The notes under the pieces were generated by a model that had not been told where the DNA came from, made no database searches, and was given only the letters and a program-made list of their open reading frames with translations. Below, in pieces: positions 30,511 to 49,575 of a DNA stretch of 64,000 bases. The DNA is from the human T2T-CHM13v2.0 reference genome, Homo sapiens. The position numbers and the translations under genes were made by a program. The stretch lies in NCBI RefSeq assembly GCF_009914755.1, contig NC_060936.1. One strand, written 5' to 3'. Positions within the stretch are counted from its first letter, which is position 1. Each line of letters begins with the position of its first letter.

Positions 30511-31389
30511 AATTTGGTTGATAGTACCCCATCTTGATGTGTGGGTCCCCATATAACATCTCCAAGTACCACATCTTGATGTGTGCATCCCCATATAACA
30601 TCTCCAGTCTATGCTTAATGACAGGCACTTCGCCCTTCCTGAGGCAGCCACCTGCATCTTTAGTCAGCTGTGAACATTAGAGAGTTCTTCATATTGAACT
30701 CAAACGTGTCTTCCTTTAGTTTCCCCTGGTCCTAGTACTCTTCCTGGAGCCATACACCATAGAGAGCACTAACAAATAACAAATACTGTACTAAAGTTTG
30801 TAAAGGACCTAGCTCAGTGCCTGGCATGCCATAGGTGCTCCATGAATGTTGTTGCCTTCCCTCTTCTTTTTTTTTTTCCCCATTTCACAACTTTTCAATG
30901 AACATTTGTTGAGTGCCTATTATGTGCAAGACATTGTACTGGGAGCTACAAATAAAAAAAGATTAATAAAACACAGTCCCTGAATCCTAGACATTTATAA
31001 TCTAGTAGACTGAGACTGATCAGGGTGCATTCTCCTACAATGCTGGGCAAAATAGATGCACAGGACAGGACTCCCAAACTAGGATGGGACATGCTACTCG
31101 ATTTTTAGAACTTATTTAGTTACATTTATTGTGGGGAAGCAGGGGAGTCCAGGTGTGCAGTATGAATACAGTCTAGTACCTAAAGACTGGTGTGTCCTTT
31201 GGGAACAGAATCACACTGCCCATGGCTCAGTGAAGATATATAATAAATTTGGCTTTGTATTAGGGGATTAAGACCTAAAGAGACTTGGTATCAGTTGGAA
31301 TACACCTTCTCTAATACTTTCATTTGGAAATCTTAGGAATGTGATACATTCTGAGATAGTAGCAAGCATAGTGAGAAAAAGGACAAAGA

Positions 31390-32450
<1,061 letters not shown>

Positions 32451-33052
32451 TTTGAATTTAAAAGTCAAGGTCACAGACTTGCCTAGTCCTAAATATTTTA
32501 TTCTGTATGTTTTCAGGGTGGATAAACTGCCCAACCTTTGTATTTGAACCATTAAGAAAAATGCATCTCAGGTCTTTTTAGAAATATATATAATTTCAAG
32601 TCAGGATTAAACTATGAAAAAGATTGATGCCCACAAAGTGAACACAAATCTTAGTCATCTCTAAATAAACTAGATTCTACGTTTGGATCTAGAACAGGGA
32701 AAGCGAGGAGTCTGGTTACCTGCATCCTCTCCAAACTCCTCCAGAAGCTTATGTTCAAGTGCTACACTTGAAGAGGCATTTTAACTATTATTATTTTTCT
32801 TATATTTCTTCCTTTTCCAAATAGGAAAATTTAAGTTACTAATCAAACTGAAACTTGTTTCAAAGCTGGTAAACAGAATAGTGAATTTGCCCAAAACATG
32901 TCATGTGGAAAAGGAATGGAAATTTGTTGGTCTTTGTCCTAGGCAGCATATCCTATAAATCTCTCTCACACAACTAAAAGCACGAGCACAAGAAGATATA
33001 TGTACTAGGATATTTTCTGAAGAATTATTTTTCTCTTCTGTTAAAATTGTTA

Positions 33053-33366
<314 letters not shown>

Positions 33367-33894
33367 TCAATATATAGTATTGTTTTATATGCTTAATTTT
33401 CATATAGTATATAATTTTATTCTGTATATTTTTCACTCAAGATTTTTAATATTGAAACATGTTACATATACATCTAGCCTGTCAGTTTAATGATGGTATT
33501 CCATTATATGACATCACAGTTTACTGATTGATTCTTATAGCATGAAGCATTGTCTTTAATAGCAAAGAACTGAAAAAAGCATGTCTGCAAACAAAGATTA
33601 ATGAATAAATAATGATATATCTATATCAGAATATATGCAGCTATTATAAAGAATGAGGGAAAGGCATTAACTTGGAAAGATGTCCATAATAAATTGCTAA
33701 GTATATATTTTTTTGTTAAAAAATCTAAAAAACAGAACCTATATTATATACTGTATATGCATATGAGTTCATATAAACATGGAAAAACATTCCCAATGGA
33801 CAGCCAGTAAAGTGAATACTAACAGATTTACATGGCAGTGGATCTGGATGTGAGAGGAGGAGACCATACCGTGTTACTCTGTATACTTCTCTAT

Positions 33895-34424
33895 CAGCAG
33901 TCCCCAACCTTTTTGGCACTAGGGACCAGTTTCGTGGAAGACAGTTTTTCCATGGGGAGGGGGCAGTTTGGGGATGAAACTTCCACCTCAGATCTTCAGG
34001 CATTGGTTAGATTCTCATAAGGAAAAGTACAAAAATTAGCCGGGTGTGGTGGTAGGTGCCTGTAATCCCAGCTACACAGGAGGCTGAGGCAGGAGAATCA
34101 CTTAAACCCAGGTGGCAGAGGTTGCAGCGAGCCGAGATCGTGCCATTGCGTCCAGCCTGGGAGACAAGAGTGAGACTCCATCTCAAAAAACAAAAAAGGT
34201 TCTCATAAGGAGCGCAACCTAGATCACTCATATGCACAGTTCACAACAAGGCTTGTGCTCCTATGAGAATTAAATGCCACTGCTGATCTGACAGGAGGTG
34301 GAGCTCAGAAGGTAATGCTTGCTTGCCTACTGCTCACCTCTTGCTGTTCACTTCCTGCTGTGTGGCTGGTTCCTAACAGGCCATGCACTGGTACCAGTCC
34401 ATAGCCTGGGGGTTGGGGACCCCG
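33895..34424 (+). mobile_element. MER1B with a 5'-truncated Alu (34023-34197)
   Basis: cagcagtccccaacctttttggcac...ggggttggggacccc; TSD ttctcataagga. Confidence 0.88.
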
Positions 34425-34499
34425 TTCTATATTGTTCAATTTAACATGTATTACTTTTATAGTTTAAAACAGCAATAATAATAAAGCATTAAATTAAAA

Positions 34500-35600
34500 A
34501 AATCGTGAACAATTTTTGCTTCAGATTCTTCTTTGTAGATGATTGGTCTTAACACAGCATCTCCCAAACATTCCTTCCTTCCCATGCCCACAAAAGTTCC
34601 AAGCTAATTCCCCATTCTTGTGCCAGATAATAAACTAATTTACACGAATGTGCGAATGGTTGATGTCATCTTCACTGTTACTCTTCACAGGGACATTTGA
34701 ATATTTTGAACTGCTGTTGACAGGATGTAAGCTGTAACTTCCTTCATCTGAATCCTTCTCTAATTTCAGACAGAGTTGAGAGACTGTGGGAGCAGCTTTA
34801 GGGAAAGGAGTCCTTCTGGTAGCCCTCACTCTTGGACACATCACTGAACGCATACTCCAAGTACATGTGTCCAGCATCCATCAGGGGAAAGAGTCCCTGT
34901 ACAGTTCCTTATGATTACAATTTCAGGGGTCCCTGTTTCTTTCCATGTTGAAAAATTAAAAGGAGTTTCTACAGGTGCATCATCCTGTTCCAATGGAATC
35001 ATCCAAACAGATTCTAGGAGGACATATTTCATTTTCTGGGCAGCAAAGGCGGGAAGAGGATTTCATTTCTGTTTTCTTCCCCCTCACTACACATAAAGTT
35101 CCTGAATCTACAGAGAAATCGATGATTGCATTTTTACATTTCTCCTAGTGGACGGGCCACCCGGATTTATTCTGTGAAAATAGAACTGCTTGGACCATTC
35201 TCAACAAGCTGGGGCAAAGTGTCTATTAATAATGTTGGCAATATCTCCTAAGCTGATGTTCATGTCAGTGCTAATCCCCCTGAAAAGGCCCTGACATCCC
35301 AGGTCCTGCTTCTGATGGTAATAGTAGTTACAGGCATGCATTGAGGCAATTGCACATTCACAATGCCCAAGAACTGCTCCTGGAAATGTTTCTGTTGATA
35401 GGTTGGTGTTTTTCAGCAGACTCATTTGGGTACTTTGAGTTGTGGTGAAGATGTGTGAAAATGATTTCATCTACATTTCAGGGTTACTTTAAATTCTGGG
35501 GGGAAGTGCCGCCAGCAAGATTCTCGTCCCCACCTCACCCTACTGAGACCCTCACTTAAGGTCAAGAAGGCATCTGGTTGGCCCGAGCTGGATCCAGGGA
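34500..35600 (-). pseudogene. Possible decayed processed pseudogene, parent unidentified
   Basis: About 1.1 kb with no recognised repeat, three minus-strand ORFs (35201-35470, 34841-35032, 34635-34877) and a GC-richer upstream end; no clear poly-A or TSD, no protein recognised. Confidence 0.25.
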
Positions 35601-35756
35601 TTTGTTCTTATTTCTCTTGAGCTCAGTGCTGTCTTTGGCTCCTCACTGAATGTTGCTGCTTCGTGGATGTCCCCACAACAGAAACCCATTTAACAAAAAG
35701 AGAGAGCCAAGAATATGAGGGTCATCACAGCACTCTTCACCTATATCCTTTAGAAC

Positions 35757-35979
35757 AGTGTTCTCATCTAGAGCCAATTTTGTCCCCCAGAGAACATTTC
35801 GCAATGTCTGGAGACATTTTTGGTCATCAGCACTGGGAGGTGGAGGAGCAGATGCTGCTGATATTTAGTAAATAGAGGTCAGGAATGCTGCTAAACATCC
35901 TACAATGTGAGGACAGCTCCCCACAACCAAGAACTATCCAGCCCCAAATATCAATGATGACAAAATCAAGACACTCTGC
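35757..35979 (+). mobile_element. MER20 hAT-Charlie
   Basis: cagtgttctca...gcaatgtctggagacatttttggt...gctgctaaacatcctacaatg. Confidence 0.88.
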
Positions 35980-36507
35980 TTTGAATCAGTCTATTGCTGG
36001 GGTGTAAGTCAAGTCTCCAGGGGGACTAGAGATTTTCATGTACTTTACTCTCCATTCCAGAAACTAAATGGGACTGAGTGTCTCTTGAGTTCTGTGATAC
36101 CAAATTAGCATTAGAATAAAATCTTTCACAAGCATTAGATACATCACCTTCAGAGAATATAAATGAGACATTTCTGAATCTGAATAAAGACATCTCTTTT
36201 GGTGTTATTGCAGCATTGGACTAAACAAGGTAGAACCGTGTCACAACTCCTCTCAAGGGTTATTACCTCCTTTCAAGGAGTAATCTGTGGGCCACTTGAA
36301 TTAGAGTCGCCTGGAAAGCTTATTAAAAATGCTGACTCCTGAGCCCCATCCTCTGCCTACTATATCAGAATCTGAGAGTTCTACATTCTCTCCGCCCTCA
36401 CCTCATCAGCCTCCACCACATAGGAATGACCAAATGCCTATGTGGTTCTTAGAACACTGCCTGACATCCAACAAATGTTAATGATTAATATTATTTACCA
36501 TGATCAT

Positions 36508-37201
36508 TGTTGGAGTATAACAAAAAATAAATATGTGGTCTTTATTCCTTCCTAAAACCCTTGGCATTTACTGTTGCTTGTATGCTACTTAGATGACTGT
36601 GGAGGCAACCTAGTTAGCTTCAGTATTGGGGCTGGTTGCCAGAAAAACTTTCTGATTAGAAGGTTAGAACTTTTAGCCCCATCCCCTGTCACACCTCTAC
36701 ACACAGGAAAGGGGTTGGAAATTGAGTGCAATTATCAACAGTCAATGATTTAATCAACTATGCCTACATGATGTGTGGTGGACATGGAAGGTATGAGCCT
36801 GCCCAGAAAAGACATGGACTCTCAGCATCCCAAGCCTCTATACCTTGCCCTAATGATCATCTCTCTCATTTGGCTTTTCCTGAATTGTACCCTTTATAAG
36901 TAAAGCATTTTCCTGAGTTCTCTGAGTCACTCTAGCGAATTATCAAACCCCAGTTGGTGGGGGGGAGTGTCATAGGAATCCCCAAACCAGTAGTCAGTTG
37001 GCCAGAAGTGTGGGTAGCCCTGGGACTTCATTTGTGGCTGACATCTAAAATGGGAGTAGGCTTGTGGTCCTGAGCCCTCAACCTATGAGGTCTGTGCTAA
37101 CTCTGGGCAGTTAGTGTTAGAACTGGATTGAATTGTTGGGCACCAAGTTGGTGCTGGAGAATTGGAGAATTTGTTGTGTTGAAATGACATATTTGTTGTC
37201 A
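36508..37201 (+). mobile_element. MER21-family LTR, followed by (CA)n at 37205-37231
   Basis: cctaaaacccttgg...gccagaaaaac...ttcctgagttctctgagtcactctagcgaattatcaaacc...gttagtgttagaactggattgaattg. Confidence 0.8.
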
Positions 37202-37379
37202 TAAACACACACACACACACACACACACACATAACTATCTTAGCCTAAGTTACAAAGAAACCATGGGAAGAGAGAATGAATCAGATACCAAGATAATAAT
37301 ACAATAAAATATTTAATAATTTATAATATTAATAAAATCTTAATAGGATAACTTTTCAATAATATCTTCAGCAAGTTAG

Positions 37380-38225
<846 letters not shown>

Positions 38226-38396
38226 TAAACAGTTAGTAACTCCCAAGGGCTGTCACTGGTACAATACTAAGAATATTGCCTCTGCAGAAATAAATGAATA
38301 ACACATTTTTAGATGTTGGAATGATGTTATCTGCACATTATCTGTGGGAGGACAGAAGAGTCTCCATAGTCTCTACACATCATTTGCTGCTGCTTC

Positions 38397-38687
38397 TTTT
38401 TTTTTTTCTTTTTTGAGATAGAGTTTCCCTCTTGTCACCCAGGCTGGAGTGCAGCGGCACGATTTCAGCTCACTGCAACCTCCGCCCCCCTGGGTTCAAG
38501 TGATTCTCCTGCCTCAGACTCCCAAGTAGCTGGGATTACAGGTTCCCACCACTATACCCAGCTAATTTTTGTATTTTTAGTAGAGATGGGGTTTCACTAT
38601 GCTGGCCAGGCCGGTCTTGAACTCCTGATCCACCCGCCTCAGCCTCCCAAAGTTCTGGGATTACAGGTGTGAGCCACCGCACCTGGC
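38397..38687 (-). mobile_element. AluS
   Basis: Full dimer; flanking repeat atcatttgct. Confidence 0.9.
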
Positions 38688-40263
38688 CATCATTTGCTTC
38701 TCAATGGCAGAACAACAATATGTGAACAGCAAGAGAGAAAATGTAAGACTAATTGCTTCAGGAAAGATAACTTTGGTACTGCAATTTAGCCATGAGGGAC
38801 AAGTCTTAGTGGACAGCTGGTTCTTCATCCATCGGAAGACTGTGGTCATCTGTTCATTCTACTCTTTCTTCTCTGTGGATGAAGTTTTCCGTCATTGTCT
38901 TCACACTACCTTGACTTTCTCTGGATTCTATTGACTTAGACAGATTACTGGCTCCTAGTGGACTACTGCATCTGAGCAAATGCTTACTCCCTATTTAATT
39001 GTACCTGTCTTTACCTATTTATTCAGAGGAGCCAGCTGCCCTGGACCCCATCCCAATCTCTGTCAAAGGTCACTCTACTTCCCAACCCAATGTATCCCAC
39101 ATTCCTAGAAGACAGAGGCTAGGGAGAGATTAGAAGAGAGAGGTTAGAATGCCAGGATTAAAAGGCAGCTTGTTTTCTTCTTTTTCACATGTCAAACTGT
39201 TAAATGCCATTAGGCCAACTCACTTCCCAGCATGTGACAAGGACACTGCTGGCAGGGAACATCTCCTTTCTCTGACCCTCTTTTGCTCTTCTTAATCCTC
39301 AAATATTGAAGTTTTTATCTTCAGCAAATGAAGAGGTAATTTAAACTGCTTACAGAGAGAAACCGAATGGGGGAAAGGGTATATGTTGTTAGTAACCCCC
39401 CACAGTTTAAGTGTTTTTAATTGTACATATAGGTTTTCTGTTAGAAAATGACTAGAATTTTCTAAGGCAGCACTGCCTAATAGAAATATAGTGTGAGCCA
39501 CACAATATAATTTTTAAGTTTTTAGTAGTCATTAAAACAAGTAGAAAGATACCAGTGGAATTTTAATAACTGTATTTCTATACTGCTGCTCCTTCTATTG
39601 AATCTAACTTAAAATTCCATGTAACCCTCACATGTGGGTATGAAAAACATTAACAGGAAATGCTAATATAGGGAGTCAGTGAAGCTGGGGTAGGAAATTG
39701 ATGATGTGATACCGGAAGTGATCTGGCAGGGCTTTAAAGTAATGCCAGAGGTCCTTCCAGGCAGTTCTCAACTTGCTCCTTGGCTGTTCTCCTGACACTT
39801 AAGTCAGAGCATTCTGTAGCTGTATTTTACAGAACTGTAATTGCACAGATTGTTCCTCTTACAAGAGAAATATCCAGAGCTCTAAGAAAACAACTGATGA
39901 AAACGGTATGTACCCATTTAAGAAAATCTGCCCTCGAGATATGATGTTATGATTTATTTGAATCTTACTGTGAATTAAAGCACTATCTCAGAAGGGTTTG
40001 CATTTAGATAATGACTGTGATTGTCATTTGGCTGGCTTGAAGAAATTCAAGAAATTTAAGCCATTTTTGAGCAGAGGAGGAATTAATATGGGGGGAAGAG
40101 TATCTTTCTGTTTCTCTGTTTGCTCTGATAGGGGCCACACAGGTCGTTGCATAAGGTAAACACTAACTGTGGGGCCCATGTGATTTGTTCAGCTTTAGAA
40201 AAATAATAAAGGGGCACAGTGAAGCAGAGGTGTGGTGCTGAGCACAGGTGATGGGGTAGAGGA

Positions 40264-41320
<1,057 letters not shown>

Positions 41321-41807
41321 CAGCTTCAATTTCCAACCCCTTTCCCTTGCATAGTGATAGGAGTGGTGGATGGGGCTGAAAGTTCTAACATTCTAATCAA
41401 AAAGTGCTGGGATTACAGGCACTTTTTGATTAGAAGTGCCCGGACCCATAAATAGTATTTAACAATGGTAACTATGGTAGGCAAACATCAAAGCACACTG
41501 TTGCATTTTTTGGAGATTCTCTAGGTAGGCATCCAACTCTGGGAAAACAGAGGAAGACCATCATCATCAGAAAATAAATGTTCTAAAAAACTGTCTCTGA
41601 AAAGTGTTGCTCTTTAGTCCCTTGCTCTCCATGCTGGAGTTAATGAGTGTGAAGTCCTTTGAGAGTTACCTGTGCAGTGGAAATGGAAGGAGGAAAGTGC
41701 TCATTTACCTTTAAGGGGACAAAAGTGGAGCTCCACAAACAGATGCAAAGCAGCTGGAAGAGGGGTAGGGAGGAGGACTTTTGTTTAGAGAGTTTCCTTT
41801 TTCCAGA

Positions 41808-42935
<1,128 letters not shown>

Positions 42936-43629
42936 CAATTTCACCTTAATGGAAAAGACCAAAGTAATTTTTACTCTTCCTAACCTTTCATAGTAATAAA
43001 TGACATTTATCGAGAGCCCACCACACAGCAGGCACTGTTCTAAGCACTTCACAGGGATCATCACATCAAATCCCCACAATAACCCTTGCGGTTAGCACTG
43101 CCATTATTATCATTTTGGAGATGAGGATTGCCCACCACTCTACCAGCAAGTGGCAGATCTAGAGTAGATAGGAGTGCTGTATTTGGAAGAGCACGTTCCT
43201 GGGGTAAGAGTCACAGTCCTGCCTTGTTCCTGACTAGTAAATGAGACTCTGAGGACCTGGATGGCTTCACACAAAAGTACAGAGTAGGCTGAGGGCTGAA
43301 ATGAAATCATGGTTGAGATATTCTAGACCCCTTTCATCAAGTTCTTAAAAGCCCGTACTCTCCTTAGAATAAAAGGAGTTTAAAGGGAGAAACAAGCAAT
43401 AGAACTATTTTCTTCCATTTTTCTAAAATTTTATTATTTTCTAGATCAATAGTCTTATACTCTCAACTCTTTTAAGGAAAGAGGTTATAGGATATTTTGT
43501 ATAGGTCAACAATCTCTTGTCAGAAATGGTTTTGGCTGGATAATTCATAATTTAGAATTTTAGAGATTTTTAGAAAGGTTATACATTCATATATTATATT
43601 TTACATAATACCAGCAGTGGAGTCTGCGG

Positions 43630-43960
43630 ATGATATGGACTGAATTGTATCCCCTCAAAATTCATATGTTGAAGCCCTCAACTCCTGTAATGGTTAATTT
43701 TATGGGTCAAACTGACTAGGCTACGGGGTGCCCAGATTAAACATTACTTCTGGGTGTGTCTGTGAGAGTGTTTTCAGATGAGATTAGCATTTGAATTGGT
43801 GGACTCAGGAAAGTAGATTGCCCTTGTCAATATGGGGAGGCCTCATTCAACCCGTTGAAAGCTTGATAGAACAAAAGCAGAGGAAGGGATTTGTCCCCTT
43901 CCTGCCTGCATGCTGGAGCGGGAACGTCGGTCTTCTCCTGCCTTTGGACTGGGATTCACA
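43630..43960 (+). mobile_element. MLT1 5' stub followed by an MLT2B-like LTR fragment
   Basis: tgatatggactgaattgtatcccctcaaaattcatatgttgaag; tgtaatggttaattttatgggtcaaactgactaggc. Confidence 0.8.
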
Positions 43961-44922
43961 GGATCATAAGAAATGATACGGATTAAAAATTATTTTTTTT
44001 ATAAAATTAAATAAAAACCAAACTTTCTCCTGTCATTCGTTTTATTAACATGGATTTTTGTCTAAACAATTTCTGTTTGAGTAAATGTCAACAATCTTTC
44101 CATCATCATTGAAAGCATATTACTCCAGGCTAGCTATAAACTACCTCACATTAAGTAACATCACCAGATCATCTGTGGTGTTTTTTTCACCTATATTTAT
44201 AATATCATCATCATTATCTTCTGTAATCCTCACACTTACTATATTTGCAACATTTCAGCAATCTCCCCATCACTGAAAATATACAACTGCATCACTACCA
44301 ATGATCAGTATTTCTTTACTATCAGCTTCTTCTAACAACTTCAGCCAATAAAAACTTAGTGTAATAATAAAGATAGACATAATTGTTTTTTCATCAATGG
44401 CCCCACATATTTCTAAGTTTGTGTTGGTGGTTTTATTTTCCAACATTGGAGTAGCAAAATTCTGTTCCTAGCATTTGTTGATGTTGACTTAATAATATCA
44501 TTCTGAGCATTGGCAGCTCTGTAAATGGTATCCTTGAGTATAACCTCTTTAAGGAAGTCTTAGATTCCTGGCTTCTGTTCACTGAAGCAAACATACAGTT
44601 TGGAAAGAAGTGCTCAGACTTGCTTTTCAGTCTCTAAAGCTCTTTGGCTCCAAGGCTACACTCCTGATGTCATGTTGCAAGGAAAAGAAAAACTGAAAAC
44701 ATTATGCAAGAAGTTCAAGAGGAGGGTTTGTAAAGCCATGGTCCAGAAGTAATAGAACTTTACATTTTTCTTCTACATCAGCTTGCTGGTAATAAGCCCA
44801 TATTGCTGGTACAAAGTGGCCATTGAATCATCATAAAGTAGTTCTCTAATTACTCATACTTTCTTGTTTGCACAGGTAATTTGCATATACCTTTCAAATT
44901 TCTTGGATGTAGGCTTTCCTCA

Positions 44923-45725
<803 letters not shown>

Positions 45726-45857
45726 TGTTTCAACATCATCAGGAGTGATTTTATTACATATTTGTAAGGCATTTTACACCATGATGCTCTTAAATTCTGT
45801 GTCTTTTTTTCTATTTTACTCTATTAGCATTAAAGCTCTTAAATTCCGTAGGCAGCT

Positions 45858-46195
45858 GTGATGGTTAAATTTTTGTGTGTCAGATTGGCTAGACCATGAC
45901 CATGACCACGATCATTGGCATGACCATTTGTTTGGACAAATACCAGTCTAGACGTTGATGTGAAGTATTTTGTAGATGCAGTTAAGATATACCACCAGTT
46001 GACTTTAAGTAAAGGAGATTACCCTTGATATTGTTGGTGGACCTCATACAATTAGTTGAGGGCCTTAATAGCAAAAACAGATTGTTTTGGGGAAGAATTT
46101 CTACCTTAAGACTGTAACATAGAAACCCTGCCTGAATTTCCAACCTATGGAATTGCCCTACAGATTTCAGATTTACCAGCCCCCCACCACCACAG
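45858..46195 (+). mobile_element. MLT2 (C/D-like) LTR
   Basis: tgtgatggttaaattttt...cagttgactttaagtaaaggagattaccctt. Confidence 0.8.
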
Positions 46196-48590
46196 CCTTC
46201 TAAATATTCACATTATTTTCAGTGTTCAATTTTTGCAGTGTATAGTAGCTTGCTTCATAACAAACTAGTAGTATATGTTCGCTTCATTGTCAAATCCACT
46301 TAATTAACATATCATCATGATTTGCATTCTTTGCCCTTTAAAGTGTTTTCCTATTTTTCATTAGTTCTTAGTCATTGTTGCACAGGAAATCTTCTACAAC
46401 TTGCCGTTCTGTTTTTTAAGTCATATATTGTTTTGATTCTGATACTGTATTTTTCAAGACAGATAGCAGGATCTATCTTCTGTAATAACTTTACTTATAA
46501 TATTATTGATTTCAACAGGCACTTCCTTTTCTTCCTTTCCCTCTCTTCATTGTTACCTATAAGGGCAGCTTTAACTCTTCTCAAAGAGTGAAATTAACCC
46601 CAAATTTCAAAATAACAAAAATGTACACAGTAGACATGATAGTGCTGGGTAGGGGCTCTGAGACATAACCAATGGTCAAAAAGGTTTTTGCCACTATGTG
46701 AGGTTTTTTCCCACACTGGCAAAAGAGCTTCTGTTTTTCAGAGCCTTTTAAATTTTATAATTGTGGAGAAAGGATTATGAATCTGTACCTGTCTCCTGCT
46801 AAAATGTCACACATTTTGAAATGTACTTGTCCTTGTTTGACTAAGCATTAAGACAAAGTGTTCTCTGCAACGAGAGCTCTTCTTGCCACCCACTTGTGTT
46901 ACACATAGTACATTAATGAGGTGACTGTGATCTCATCCTCCTGGCTTGCCTTCCTTGGCTCAGATTCCAGAGAAGCAGCCGTCAGGTCCTCCAGATCCTT
47001 TGGGCTGAGCTGACTGATGACCTTACCATGGGACTCACAGCTCCTTGCTGCTCCAACATTTTAAGTTCTGGATAAGCTAGTACCCAAAAGGAGTCCTTTT
47101 TACTACCAATACCAAATCCTCCAAGAGCTTCCCTCACTCTCTTAGGGCCTCTACTGCCCAAATGCTGGTCCCCAGTGAATATGCCTTCTCAGTCCCCAAC
47201 TCTATGCCATCTGGTAGGAATATAGGGAGCTGGAGGGATTTATGGCTAAGGGATCCTGCACACTTGAATTCCATCTGTCCTGCAGTAAACGATATACACA
47301 GAAAAGGATGGTGGGCAAAGAGGCATGTTCTATTTAGCTGGGCTCTGGCTCAAGCCCCAGTGTAGAGTCTTGTGAACTGGAGTAGACCACATGCAACTTG
47401 GTGAACGTATTTTGCCTAGACGAGGCTGAGCTCTTAGGCTTTTGTCTCAGGCTCTGGCCCTGCAAAAGAAAAGGCATCCTGAAGCCTACAGCATGGCCAC
47501 ACCCTTCCCCGTTGGGAGTGAAATGAGAGGAAGTGGAGGGAGCATGAGGAGCTGCTAAAATCTAGTCAACTGCATCTCTGTTTTTTATCTTTGACCCATT
47601 GTTCAATAGGCTTAACATCCAGGCCCATCTTCTCTGATCTCTTAGGATAAAAAGTGCCCAAAGAGTCAGTGTCAGCAGAACATTTTTGCATGAACTGACT
47701 GGTTTAATGTTTTCCACTAAGACTGTAAACCCCAAGAAGGGTTCAGTGACCCTTCTTGCCCTTGATGGTGTTCTTGAGGGAAGAGCAAAGGTAGCAGGAA
47801 TGTGGAACTCTGAGCTGCTTATGGCCAACCTAGGGGATGCTTTATGAAGTGATGGTTGAATAAATTAAAATGGAACAAGACTTCCTATAATCACAATCAT
47901 CGTCTATCTCAGAATGTAGCACAAAAGATACCACTGAAGTTATTTGCTTCCTTGCTACCTTGGAGGAGAAACAAAAATCTCTCTAGCTTTGAGCTATGGC
48001 TAACTGAGGCAGTAAGAGGTGTAAATGCTGTCTTTGGAAACCTGGGATCCAAATAAATCCCAACTTCCTTTTCACTTGTGTTCACTTCTCTACTTTGGGA
48101 AGCAAATCAGAGACATTGAAGATGGTGGCACTGCCAAATATATCAGACCTCAACATGTACTCTGTAGTAAAGTCTACCCTTCAACAAAAAAGAGCACTAC
48201 CACAAGATATTTATTCTTATCTTACTCTCTGAATTAAAATCCTGACCTGAGGCACTTCTCTGTCTGCATTATTTTCAGAAGAGTCTAGATCTGAAATCTA
48301 ATTATATTGCATATTAGAACACCAATATTGATGTTATTCCATCAAGCCCTGTCATACTTTGCAGGCTACATCCTTTTGGCCCCGATTTGTCTTCATTCAT
48401 GTTACTTGAATCATCTTGATGAAATGCTCTGAATCTGTCTGGGAGAAAGTTTATTTTGATATCTGATCTGATCCAGACCTATTCTCAAGTCCCTTTGAAA
48501 ACTCACTGGTAATATGCAGTCATTTGCTAATTGAAATTTGACCAATAATTAGCCAAGGATATTCTTTTGTTCAATTATCTTATGATAGCT

Positions 48591-48729
48591 GGCCAGATGC
48601 AATGGCTCACGCCTGTAATCCCAGCACTCTGGGAGGCCAAGGCAGGCGGATCACTTGAGCCCAGAAGTTCAAGACCAGCCTAGGCAACACGGCAAGACCC
48701 TGTCTCAAAACCCCCCAAAAAACAAAAAC
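48591..48729 (+). mobile_element. FLAM_C
   Basis: Left monomer with tail; flanks cttatgatag/cttgtgatag. Confidence 0.85.
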
Positions 48730-49059
48730 TTGTGATAGTAGTCTGAAAAGCCACCTCTATGTTATTAATACAAAATCTATTTTTGGTATTGGTGTAAGTA
48801 AAGGTTTAATACCTTCCGTGAATTACAAGTTCAAGCAAGAGATGCTTTAATTTCAGCTCTTTACCTGGATGCCAAGAAATTGCCAGAATTTTCTCAAGTC
48901 TAATTTGATATTATTAATCCCATTTTACAGATGAAGAAACTAAGGCACAAATAGGCACAACACAAGGCTCAAATTTATGTAAATATTAAAGCTAGTATTT
49001 GAACTTATAGAACTCACTGGTGGAAACTATGTTCTTAACCACTGTGCAAAACTGCTTCT

Positions 49060-49575
49060 CACTAAAACCCTACCTTGCCAAGGGCACTGAGGCCTTCCAC
49101 AGTCTGACCCTTCACATTTCTCTGGTCTCATTTTCTTCTAAGCTCACTCTTTTCCAGTTGAACTGGACTCCTTGCAGTTACTTGAATATTTCCAATACAC
49201 CCCCACTCCAGGCCTCTGAAACTACTGTCCTCTCCTTATCACCAGATATCCTCACGACATCTTCCTCACCTCTTCTGATGTCTAATCAAATGTCACCCCC
49301 ACAAAGTGGGCTTCCCTGACCTCTCCATCCATAAATGAATCCTTTTTTCCCCTGCTTCCTCACCCGCTACTCTTTTAACCTGCATTATTTACCTTCATAG
49401 CACTTATTAAATATTACGTACTTACTGATTTATTTGTTTATTGTATAGACCAGACAATGAACCCATAGTGAAATTTGGTTTGGGTGGAGAAGTTGACTGT
49501 TGTTTTCACTGCTGTGTTACCAGCTCCTAGAACAGACCTATCACATAGTAAGCACTCAATAAGTATTTCCTTGAT
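49060..49575. mobile_element. L2 3' fragment, with adjacent MIR fragments at ~48910-49050 and ~49840-50170
   Basis: ttcatagcacttatta...cacatagtaagcactcaataagtattt; MIR cccattttacagatgaagaaactaaggc. Confidence 0.65.

Noticed and set aside
36415-36446. Small hairpin accacatagg...cctatgtggt
   Set aside because: The stem is too short for a pre-miRNA and is expected by chance in 64 kb.
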